Below, piece by piece: positions 13,681 through 24,329 of a stretch of DNA of 64,000 nt. This DNA is from Dendrobates tinctorius (Eukaryota). Every line of letters begins with the position of its first letter. The first letter of the stretch is position 1. A program made the translations under genes and the position numbers. The DNA lies in the NCBI RefSeq assembly GCF_039654945.1, contig NW_027361841.1, forward strand, positions 5,580,001 to 5,644,000, in the 5' to 3' direction. Below the pieces are notes generated by a model. That model searched no databases, was not told the DNA's origin, and saw only the letters and a program-made list of their open reading frames with translations.

Positions 13681-14392
13681 CTGCCGATCTTAGCATAGGG
13701 AGAGGTTGCTGCTGCTGATTCTGTAGGGAGAGCGTTAGGCAGGGAAGAAGAAAAAAAAAACTGCTTCTGCTGCTAGCGATTTTGCCTGTACAACACACCA
13801 GTCACTGTGTGTGCAGTGCAAGGGGAGGCTATATTGTGGTGGATTAGCGGTGTTGGTTGTTAGGCTGCCTTCTAAGGCTTCCTGACAGCTGCTTTGCTGT
13901 TTACCCACTGCTCTGCAAACTGCTTTTTTAAAAGCAATCCCAATTTTTTTTTTGTCCTGCTGAGGTACTGAGCGTGCATTTTTTCACACCATACAGCGGT
14001 GTACACTCCTCACACAGTACCGTGTAACGGCTGTTATCATAGCCACAGTGAAGCTATCTGTGTGTCACTAGTTTTGTCTAGCTTTCAAACAGTTAAATAT
14101 ATTTGCTGTTTGATCACATTCAAAACTATAGAGAGACAGCGTGTGTCAGTCCGTATACTTAAAAAACACGGAGCTTGACAATTTTACGTACACCGGACAG
14201 CCGTGTATGTGCACGCTCCTCTCAGTACCGTGTAACGGCTGTTATCACGGCCACAGTGAAGCTATCTGTGTGTCACTGTGGAAGGATAAGTGGAGGACTT
14301 GTTCCGTTCTTACAGACCTACACTCTAGGGAGATTCCTATTCTGCCCAATTCTACATACACCTTGTAGTTTGTGATACACTAGCCAATTTCT

Positions 14393-16175
14393 GCCTGTGA
14401 CATAGCGCTCTGATATTCAGTGGGCCTCACACAATCCAAAAGTGTCCAGTGTCCACTAGTGTGTGCAGAAATTCAAAATCTCTGTGATCCTGTAGTCACT
14501 TTTTTCACACCTGTGCCATCGAGCCTGTGACATAGCGCTCTGATATTCAGTGGGCCTCACACAATCCAAAAGTGTCCAGTGTCCACTAGTGTGTGCAGAA
14601 ATTCAAAATCTCCCTTATCCTGTAATCACTTTTTTCACACCTGTGCCATCGAGCCTGTGACATAGCACTCTGATATTCAGTGGGCCTCACACAATCCAAA
14701 AGTGTCCAGTGTCCACTAGTGTGTGCAGAAATTCAAAATCTCCCTTATCCTGTAGTCAATTTTTTCACACCTGTGCCATAGAGCCTGTGACATAGCGCTC
14801 TGATATTCAGTGGGCCTCACACAATCCAAAAGTGTCCAGTGTCCACTAGTGTGTGCAGAAATTCAAAATCTCCCTTATCCTGTAGTCACTTTTTTCACAC
14901 CTGTGCCATCGAGCCTGTGACATAGCGCTCTGATATTCAGTGGGCCTCACACAATCCAAAAGTGTCCAGTGTCCACTAGTGTGTGCAGAAATTCAAAATC
15001 TCCCTTATCCTGTAGTCACTTTTTTCACACCTGTGCCATCGAGCCTGTGACACAGCGCTCTGATATTCAGTGGGCCTCACACAATCCAAAAGTGTCCAGT
15101 GTCCACTAGTGTGTGCAGAAATTCAAAATCTCCCTTATCCTGTAGTCACTTTTTTCACACCTGTGCCATCGAGCCTGTGACATAGCGCTCTGATATTCAG
15201 TGGGCCTCACACAATCTAAAAGTGTCCAGTGTCCACTAGTGTGTGCAGAAATTCAAAATCTCCCTTAACCTGTAGTCACTTTTTTCACACCTGTGCCATC
15301 GAGCCTGTGACATAGCGCTCTGATATTCAGTGGGCCTCACACAATCCAAAAGTGTCCAGTGTCCACTAGTGTGTGCAGAAATTCAAAATCTCCCTTAACC
15401 TGTAGTCACTTTTTTCACACCTGTGCCATCGAGCCTGTGACATAGCGCTCTGATATTCAGTGGGCCTCACACAATCCAAAAGTGTCCAGTGTCCACTAGT
15501 GTGTGCAGAAATTCAAAATCTCCCTTAACCTGTAGTCACTTTTTTCACACCTGTGCCATCGAGCCTGTGACATAGCGCTCTGATATTCAGTGGGCCTCAC
15601 ACAATCCAAAAGTGTCCAGTGTCCACTAGTGTGTGCAGAAATTCAAAATCTCCCTTAACCTGTAGTCACTTTTTTCACACCTGTGCCATCGAGCCTGTGA
15701 CATAGCGCTCTGATATTCAGTGGGCCTCACACAATCCAAAAGTGTCCAGTGTCCACTAGTGTGTGCAGAAATTCAAAATCTCCCTTATCCTGTAGTCACT
15801 TTTTTCACACCTGTGCCATCGAGCCTGTGACATAGCGCTCTGATATTCAGTGGGCCTCACACAATCCAAAAGTGTCCAGTGTCCACTAGTGTGTGCAGAA
15901 ATTCAAAATCTCCCTTATCCTGTAGTCACTTTTTTCACACCTGTGCCATCGAGCCTGTGACATAGCGCTCTGATATTCAGTGGGCCTCACACAATCCAAA
16001 AGTGTCCAGTGTCCACTAGTGTGTGCAGAAATTCAAAATCTCCCTTATCCTGTAGTCACTTTTTTCACACCTGTGCCATCGAGCCTGTGACATAGCGCTC
16101 TGATATTCAGTGGGCCTCAAACAATCCATAAGTGTCCAGTGTCCACAAGTGTGTGCAGAAATTCAAAATCTCCCC
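14393..16175. repeat. Tandem array, 130-bp unit x ~13.7, inside hAT copy 1
   Basis: 'catagcgctc' recurs every 130 bp from 14401 to 16091; near-identical units with no spacers. Confidence 0.97.
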
Positions 16176-16250
16176 TGTCCTATAGACACCTTGTACCTTG
16201 TTTTACATTACTATATAGTTTGTTGGATTTTGACTACATTTCTACAAAAA

Positions 16251-19200
16251 ATGAGGAAGGCTGGTGGAAGAGGCCGTGGAATTGGGCGGGGGTTGGCAGC
16301 TGGTAATGATGGTGTTGGTGGTGGATCTGATGGTAGTGGCAAGAGCAAAATAGGACCGAATGCAGGAGGTGTTGAGCCTGCGTCATTGTCTGGCTCCATT
16401 AAGGCTTCGAAGGCTTAGTTTTCTAGGAGTTGGAAAACCGCTTTTAAAGCCAGAGCATCAGGAAAAAGTTTTGTCTTACATTGCTGACTCAGCCTCCAGC
16501 TCTATCGCCTCCTCTTCTGAAGTTGTAAAAAGTAAAAGCACTGAGTCTTCATTGGAGGCTCATGTTCATGAACCACACCTTTCCTTGTGTCCTTCACCCC
16601 AACCAAGATTGAAGGATGACGCAGGCCATACTACTGATTACTCCATGGAGCTGTTTTCACATACCATGCCTGGATTATCAAGTGAAATGGTGAATTACCC
16701 AGGCCAAGATGAATCTGACATGGAGTGCACTGATGCACAGCCGCTGATAGATGATTCTGCTGGTACATTCACTCAGAGCACTACATTGTCCTCGCAGTGT
16801 ACAGAGCCAGATTCTGACCCTGATGAGACTCAGGTGCCCCTTCCCGCACACTATACCACCATACACGGTGACACAGAGGAAGGTGCACATGACATTGAAG
16901 AGGAGGTGATGGATGACCCAGTTGTTGACCCAGATTGGCATCCATTGGGGGAAGAGGGTGCTGCTTCCAATAGCTCAGATGAGGAGCATCCACAGCAGAC
17001 ATCGACATCGCAACAGCTGTTATCTGGCAGGCCCGGAGCACTCCAAAGACAGGTTCCAAAAATCAAAAGAGTTGCTGGACAGCTTGTCCAGAGGGTCAAA
17101 ACATCACAGCGTGCTAGGCCGCAAAATGTCTGCCAAAGTAGGAAGAGTGCAGTGTGGCACTTTTTTGAACAAAATCCTCATGATCATGCCAAGGTTATCT
17201 GTAAGAAGTGCGCAAAGACCTTTAGCTGAGGGAAAAATCTGAAAAATTTGAATACCAGTTGCATGCTTAGACATTTAACCACCATGCACTTGCAAGCGTG
17301 GACACAACACCAAACCTCAAGTGCCACATGTGCAACTGATCACAAAGAAGGTAGTCAGCAACGCTACATTGTTTCCCCCACTGTAAGCCCACCGGTTAGC
17401 ACAGCAGCAAATGTTGAGGTGTCGTTGCAAGGCCACAGCAGTCAGGGACTCCCACTGTTATATCAACGAAATACTGAATCTAGGCCATCAGAAAGAACAC
17501 CAACTCCATCACCATCATCAACCCTCTCTCAGTCCGCCCTGTCCACCGCTACTTCCACCATATGCAGCTCTCAAGTCCAGCTCACCCTCTCAGACACTAT
17601 GAGTAGGTCAAGAAAGTACTCAGTCTCTCATCCGCGTACACTGGGTTTGAACGCCCACATTGCCAAACTAATCTCGTTTGAGATGATGCCCTATCGGTTG
17701 GTGGAAAGCGCAGCTTTCCGCGAACTCATGGCCTATGCAGTACCACGCTATGACCTACCCAGTCGCCACTTCTTCTCTCGCAAAGCCATCCCAGCCCTCC
17801 ACCATCATGTAAAAGACCGCATTGTCCATGCACTCAAGCAGTCAGTGAGTGGAAAGGTGCACCTCACAACTGATGCATGGTCCAGTCGGCATGGCCAGGG
17901 CCGTTACGTGTCCATCACTGCGCACTGGGTTAATGTGGTGGATGCAGGGTCCACATGGAACAGCGGTGGTGGGACAGTGCTGCCTAGCCCACGGTATAGG
18001 AAACAGTTGGCTGTAGGCGTTCGACCCTCCTCCTCCTCCTCCTCCAGAAGCGAAAGCTCGTCCACAGAGCGCAGTCGTACGAGCACTCCATCTGCAGCTG
18101 CCACTGTTGCACACGAGGTGTCCCCCTATCGAGCAGCTAGTGGAAAGCGTCAGCAGGCTGTGTTGCAGATGATGTGTTTGGGCGACAGACACACCGCCGA
18201 GGTGCTGCCCGAGTACTTGAAGCGACAAACTGAGTCATAGCTGGGCAGTGTACATCTTGAGGCAGGCAAGGTAGTTAGTGATAACGGCCGTAATTTTGTG
18301 GCAGCCATAGCCCTTTCAAAACTCAGCCACATACCTTGCTTGGCTCACACCTTGAACCTGGTGGTGCAGTGCTTCCTCAAAAATTATCCGGAGTTAATAG
18401 CCCTGCTCCAGAAGGTGCGAAGACTGTGCGCGCACATCCGCCGGTCGCCTGTACACTCCGTTCGTATGCAGAAGCTGCAGCGATTGCTCCACCTTCCCAA
18501 CCACCGCCTCATTATCGACATTGCAACAAGGTGGAACTCCACCCTGCACATGGTGGAGCGGCTGTGCGAGCAGAGGCAGGCCATAATGCATTTGTGGGAG
18601 GATACACGGCCAGGCACTTTGAGAGCAGACATGGAGTTGACAGGTGTGCAGTGGTCGAAGCTGAAAGACCTCTGTAAAGTCCTTCAGTGTTTTGAGGAAT
18701 GCACACGGCTGGTAAGCGCAGACGACGCCATCCTAAGCATGAGCATCCCACTTATGCGTCTGCTCATGCAAACTTTGACGCACCTTAAGGAGCAGGCGTC
18801 TGCAGCCAATGTTGATGAGGAGGAAGAGGAGGAGGGAATCCTTGATGACATTCAGCCATTGTCTGCTCAGGGACCTCTCCTGGACGAGGTGGAGGAAGAA
18901 GAGGAGGAGGAGGATGATGATGGGGATGATTACTTAGGGGAGGAGGATGCATCTCGTGGGGCAAGTGAGAATGTTGGCGTGGCAAGGTCTGGTACAGGGT
19001 TTGTGCGTGACTGGAGGGATGTGGATTTGCCAGAAAGTGCTCCTCCAACCAGCACTCGCAGTGCATCATTGACACCGGGAACATTGGCCCACATGTCAGA
19101 TTATGCCTTGCGGATCCTAAAAAGGGACCCCCGCATTGCCAAAATGATGAACGATGACGACTACTGGTTGACCAGCATCCTGGATCCACGCTATAAAGGC

Positions 19201-19791
19201 AAATTACAAAACATCATGCCACAGGAGAACCTTGACCTAATATTGGCTAATAAACAAGCAACTCTGGTAAATCGGTTGCTTGAGGCATTCCCCGCACACA
19301 GCAGCGGTGATGGTTCTCACACGAGCTGTACGGGCCAGGGGCAGCTTGGCAGAGGTGTTCGTGGTGCACACAGCAGAAGTGGTGTTGGAGACAGGGGTTT
19401 CATGACAATGTTGTGGACTGATTTTTCAAGTACCGCTCACACAACTGGTAATAATGCATCGATGGAAAGTGACAGGAGACAGCAGTTGTCAACTATGGTT
19501 ACAAACTACTTTTCCTCCCATATCAATGTTCTCCCACACAGGTCATTCCCCTTTGACTATTGGGCCGCTAAACTGGACACCTGGCCTGAATTGGCACAAT
19601 ATGCCTTACAGGAGCTTGCTTGCCCAGCTGCAAGTGTGCTATCGGAAAGAGTCTTCAGTGCAGCTGGATCAATCCTGACAGAAAAAAGGACCCGTCTGTC
19701 AACCCAAAATGTGGATGATCTAACCTTCATTAAAATGAACCATGCATGGGTTTCCAAGGATTTTGTCCCACCTTCCCCTGATGACACATAG
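16251..19791 (+). pseudogene. hAT transposase (ZBED-like: BED finger, DDE, C-terminal dimerisation domain), ~1180 aa, disrupted
   Basis: SAVWHFF..CKKC..RHL..H BED finger; LTTDAWS, VSDNGRN, CLAH, TRWNST, LDPRYK, SERVFSAAG motifs. +1 frameshift at ~16400 relative to copy 2; TGA at 17227-17229; TAG at 18238-18240. Confidence 0.95.
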
Positions 19792-19984
19792 GGTGACAGA
19801 AAAATGGCTTGCTTTGGTCCACCTCTTCCTGGGACTTGACCTATTTCGCCTTTTGCATCAGCTGAATGTCCAACATCAACATATGCCACTTTCTAAAACT
19901 CCCTAACTGTGCTGCCTCTCCCCCCCAATGGCCGGGGTCACCACCTAGTGCACGACACCGTGCAAGTGCCGTTGCCCTGGACAG

Positions 19985-20140
19985 GTGGGTAGGCCGACTC
20001 TTGGGCGCGGGCACTGGCACAGGGTCCCTCATAGTGCAATCAAGTGTCTCTGACGGTGGTGGTGCACACCCGCCGTCAGACACACCGCCGTACTATGAGT
20101 GGCCCAGTGCCAGTACCGACGCCCACGAGTGGGCCCCCCT
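19985..20140. repeat. Long imperfect inverted repeat (hairpin) downstream of the transposase stop
   Basis: ggcactggcacagggtccctcatagtgc pairs with gtactatgagtggcccagtgccagtacc; inner tctgacggtgg/ccgccgtcaga; outer gactcttgggcg/cgcccacgagt. Confidence 0.75.
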
Positions 20141-20230
20141 TGCTTGGGCAGGGCCCCAGCATTTGCAATCTTTACCTCTCCCTGCTCCTCCGCTGTGTAG
20201 TCTGGGCCGTCAAATCTATACTGTGCCTGA

Positions 20231-20485
20231 CACCGTCTGAGCCTGCCTCCTGATGTATAGACATATATTTTGAATGTGTACGCTATCCATACATGTTATC
20301 CGGGGATACGGTGCCCTTTCTCACCTTTGTGCAATCACGTGCAAGCCATACTGGGTCTAACACCGTCTGAGCCTGCCTCCTGATGTATTGACATATATTT
20401 TGAATGTGTACACTATCCATACATGTTATCCGGGGATACGGTACCCTTTCTCACCTTTGTGCAATCACGTGTAATCCATACTGGG
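20231..20485. repeat. Two-copy 130-bp tandem duplication in the hAT 3' region
   Basis: 'caccgtctgagcctgcctcc...' at 20231 and 20361. Confidence 0.9.
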
Positions 20486-20595
20486 CGTGAGAACGGCTGG
20501 CGAGCTGTTAAGCAAGCTACAGCACCTGTAGTTTGCACACGTAAGTTTTTCACTTTTTCAGGAATGACGGTTAGGCCTAATTCTGGAACTGCGGT

Positions 20596-21066
20596 TGACC
20601 TGCACTTACTGGGAAATCATCGTTCGCGGTAATTGTAATCAGTGATCCCCATCACTAACGTTGTTCAGCGGGTTATCTGCACCTGTAAGCGACAAACGCT
20701 GGCCTTTTCAGTGTAGCGCACATGCAGCCACGGACATGTAAGGGCATGACACACCAGTTATTGGCCAATCTCATGTGCCAGAGCCTCACGTGTCCCTCTA
20801 GTAAGCCAGACTCGGACCACGGGGCATGACGGAGTCTCGTTCGTTAACGGAATTAAGCTTGCAATGTGTGCATCTTTTCTGTAGCTGGCATGGTTGAGGT
20901 TTCCCAGGTGGAGTCGAATTTAACCGTAGGCTCCACTCCTGGTGGTGCCCTTCTGGACATTCCTTTAAGGTTCAGCTTTGCAACCATACTGCCCACGTAA
21001 AACAAACACTTTGCCTTCATGAACGCTGTTTGGAGGGTCATGACTCGTGGGAATAACGCCGCCCAA
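20596..21066 (-). pseudogene. Decayed 18S rRNA gene fragment (roughly 18S nt 1110-1660, mostly the 3' major domain) inside the hAT element
   Basis: Collinear with the reverse complement of vertebrate 18S: tgacc.gcacttactgggaa, gatccccatcac, cagtgtagcgc, ggacat.taagggcat, gagtctcgttcgtta.cggaattaa, aggctccactcctggtggtgcccttc (20928-20953), ttcagctttgcaaccatact (20971-20990), gggaataacgccgcc; internal deletions. Confidence 0.92.
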
Positions 21067-21172
21067 TCAGTTAACCTGCTAGAGAGATCCTTCGTTGCTC
21101 CCAAGCATGACATCACACTCCCTAGGAGGAAGGTAATGCCACTGTGGCGACCGTACTCCTGGGGCCGACACA

Positions 21173-21331
21173 AGTGCACTGATGCCCAGCCACTGCTCGA
21201 TGAATCTGCTGGTACATTGACCCAGACCACTACATTCCCCTCGCACGCTACACGGCCTGAATCTGACCCTGATGAAACTCAGGTTACCCTTCCCACATAC
21301 AGTTCCATCTTACACGGTGACAAAGAGGAAG
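21173..21331 (+). repeat. Diverged internal duplicate of transposase N-terminal coding sequence (16724-16882)
   Basis: CTDAQPLLDESAGTLTQTTT..PESDPDETQV.LP..HGD.EE versus CTDAQPLIDDSAGTFTQSTT..PDSDPDETQV.LP..HGD.EE. Confidence 0.9.
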
Positions 21332-22580
21332 CTGCAGATGAAAGTGCAGGTTCGGCCAACCCGCCATCAGACACACCACCGTACTATCAGGGGCTCTGTG
21401 CCAGTGCCGTCGCCAACGAGTGGGCCCCCCTGCTTGCTCAGGATCACAGCACTTGCAAGGTTGAAATACTGTGCAGTGAGATGGAAGATGGGGACGACGA
21501 GGAGTCCAGACTAGTACAGGGATTCCCTAGCGAGGAGACTTATTTGATTGTTTTCAATGTTGGGACAGCAATTTTTGGGGAGCACTATACTCTGGAGAAT
21601 GATAGATGGGGCCCACCATACACTGGAACATTCCAAAGGTGGACATCAGACACTGGAGCAGCATTTTCAGGGCCCATTATACACTAGAGCATTAGAAATG
21701 GGGCCCATTATGTTTGGAGCATTATTTGGGCCCATAAGACAGTGGAGCTTCATCCATGGGGACCAACATATACTGTAGCATTATGTGGAGCTCATCATAT
21801 ACTGTTTCAAACATTATATGGGACCAATGATTCTGTATGGAGAAATAGATGGGCCTCGTCATGAGATGTAAAAAGTGAAGTATTTTTCATTGTACTATAC
21901 CGCTATTTCTCTGCCGTATCGGAGCATGATGAGTTGTGGTATGTGTTAAGGGGGCGCTCTTTCGCCCAGGGCACATGAAAACCTGGAGCCAGCCCTACCC
22001 TTCCACAACTTTAGCCAAATAACCCCCATCTTTCAGTGTGTAACTTGTATTATGAAGTTAATTAAGGTTGACAAGCTTAAGTAAGAAGAATTGATGCTTT
22101 TGGCATTCAAATGGGCACTGTAGTTGTGTTTCCTGTCCTCCTCTCACTGCTGACTTTTATTCCCCATTGACTTACATTGGGTTTCGTGTTTTGGGACGAC
22201 CCCGACTTTTCCCTATAATCGGCCGATCTTGCTCGACCCGACTTTTGGAAAAGTCGGGTTTCATGAAACGAAACTCGACCCTAAAAAACCAAAAGTCGCT
22301 CAACTCTACATCTAATTAAACATTGCTGTAGAACAAATCAACTTCTTCATGGAATCTGAGTCTGTCAGAAGAAAAATGTATCCTACAAAAATTCAAACAC
22401 TGATTTAGAATGGTTTGGTGAACAATGAAAAATAGTTCCCAAAATTCCCTAAATAGCAGAAGCGTGAGTAGCATATTACTGTGTATTATAGTTAGAGACT
22501 ATCTATCCTTTTTTTACCCCAAAACTTGTGTTTTTGCTGGTCAAAAGATACCATATAGACAAAAGACACTATGTGTTTAA

Positions 22581-24184
22581 CCCCTTTACCCCCAAGGGTG
22601 GTTTGCATGTTAATGACCAGGCCGATTTTACAATTCTGATCACTGTCCCTTTATGAGGTAATAACTCTGGAATGCTTCCATGGATCCTGGTGATTATGAC
22701 ATGGTTTTCTCATGACATATTGTACTTCATGATAGTGGTATAATTTCATTGATATTACTTGCGTTTATTTGTGAAAAAAATGGAAATTTGGCGAAAATTT
22801 TGCAATTTTCCAACTTTGAATTTTCATGCCCTTATATCATGCCCTGAGTATGCTGATACCCCATATGTGGTGGTAAACCACTGTTTGGGCACATGGCAAA
22901 TGCTTTTCAATGCAAAAAATTGTTTTTGCATCACCACATTTTGAGAGTTAAAATTTTTTCCATATTTTGGCCCACAGAGTCATGTGAGGTCTTGTTTTTG
23001 CGGGACGAGCTGACGTTTTTATTGGTACCATTTTCGTGCACATGACTTTTTTTATCGCTTTTTATTCCAATTTTTGGGAGACAGAATGAACAAAAACCAG
23101 CAATTCATGAATTTCTTTTGTGGGGGGCGTATATACTGTTCTGCGTATGGTAGAACTGATGAGGCAGTTTTATTCTTCGGGTCAGTATGATTACAGTGAT
23201 ACCTCATTTATATTTTTTTATGTTTTGGTGCTTTTATACAAGAAAAACACTTATATAAAAAATTATTTTTGCATTGCTTTATTCTGTGAGCTATAACTTT
23301 TTTATTTTTTCGCTGATGATGCTGTATGGGGGCTTGTTTTTTGCGGGACAAGATGACGTTTTCAGTGGTACCACGTTCATTTATATCTGTCTTTTTGATC
23401 GCGTGTTATTCCACTTTTTGTTTAGAGATATAATGATAAAGCATTTTTTTGTCTTTTTTTATGGTGTTCAATAAATGGGTTAACTAATGGGACAGTTTTA
23501 TAGGTCGGATCGTTACAGATGCGGAGATACCAAATATTTGTACTTCTATTGTTTAGATTTTTTAATTCAAATATTTATTTATTGATAGAATAAATATTGA
23601 ATTTTTTTATTATTATTTTTAAAATATTTTGCAATTATTTTAATTTTTTTATTTAATTCTTACTTTTACACTTTGTCCCACTATGGTACACTCATTTTGT
23701 GCAGGCGGATCGCTTCCATAGCATGCAGATCTGCATGGTATAGAAGCTGTCAGCGCTGCATGTATTTTACACTAACCTGAGAGACTTCCTGATCATCACA
23801 GCGCATGACAGGAAATCTCTCAGCTCTGGAGACACATATGTCATCATGATGACATCAGGTCTCCATGGCAGCGATTGGGACCCCACGTCATGCCGCAGGG
23901 TCTTTGATCCAAAGGTAGAGGGGCTGTCAGCCCCTGTGATGGCTCAGGAATGATGCAATCAAGTTTGATCGCAGTGTTCTGGGGGTTAAAGTGCCAGGAG
24001 CGGTCTGTGACCTCTCCTGGCACTTACTGTCATGTGTGAGCTGTGAGAATCATCTGACACCCGGCCACGATCGGCTGTGCTCCCCCCGTGAGCACAGCCG
24101 ATCGCTAATGACGTACTATCCCGTCCATGAGCAGTAAGTCTCAGGGCAAATGGATGGGATAGTACATCTACTGTCAGAAAGGGG
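22581..24184. mobile_element. Non-autonomous piggyBac-like element
   Basis: TTAA|cccctt...aagggg|TTAA; body is the inverted homolog of parts of 43520-46708. Confidence 0.75.
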
Positions 24185-24329
24185 TTAAAGTCAAGCACCA
24201 AACCATAAAGTTAGCCCTAACAAAGATTTTTTAAAGAATGTGATGTCCTAAAATGTTCATGGAATTTGAGTCAGTTTATTACATTTCTCCTCTCCTAAAT
24301 TTTTTTTGATCATTTTTGAGTGGTGCTAT

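Larger units (their letters stand above)
13382..22308 (+). mobile_element. Full-length hAT DNA transposon, copy 1 (8927 bp)
   Basis: 13-bp TIRs tagagttgagcga / tcgctcaactcta; 8-bp TSD catctaat at 13374-13381 and 22309-22316; internal hAT transposase. Confidence 0.97.

Noticed and set aside
14044-14260. V(D)J RSS heptamers (cacagtg twice)
   Set aside because: No nonamer at 12/23-bp spacing; they arise from one local 55-bp duplication.
14393-16175. CRISPR-like array
   Set aside because: Units are head-to-tail and near-identical with no unique spacers; no cas genes; eukaryotic context.
16251-19791. Domesticated host ZBED gene (ZBED1/4/6)
   Set aside because: Intact TIRs and TSD, multiple copies and disabling mutations indicate a transposon.
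17227-20140. Selenocysteine recoding (in-frame TGA plus 3' hairpin as SECIS)
   Set aside because: The TGA sits at a likely Arg (CGA) position rather than a Cys ligand, and the hairpin lacks a clear AUGA/GA quartet and apical AA motif.
20596-21066. Functional rDNA unit
   Set aside because: Partial, deleted and heavily mutated; no ITS, 5.8S or 28S nearby.
21147-21159. 'gcgaccgtactcc' resembling another SSU rRNA antisense motif
   Set aside because: Only 13 nt and not collinear with the adjacent fragment; compatible with chance.
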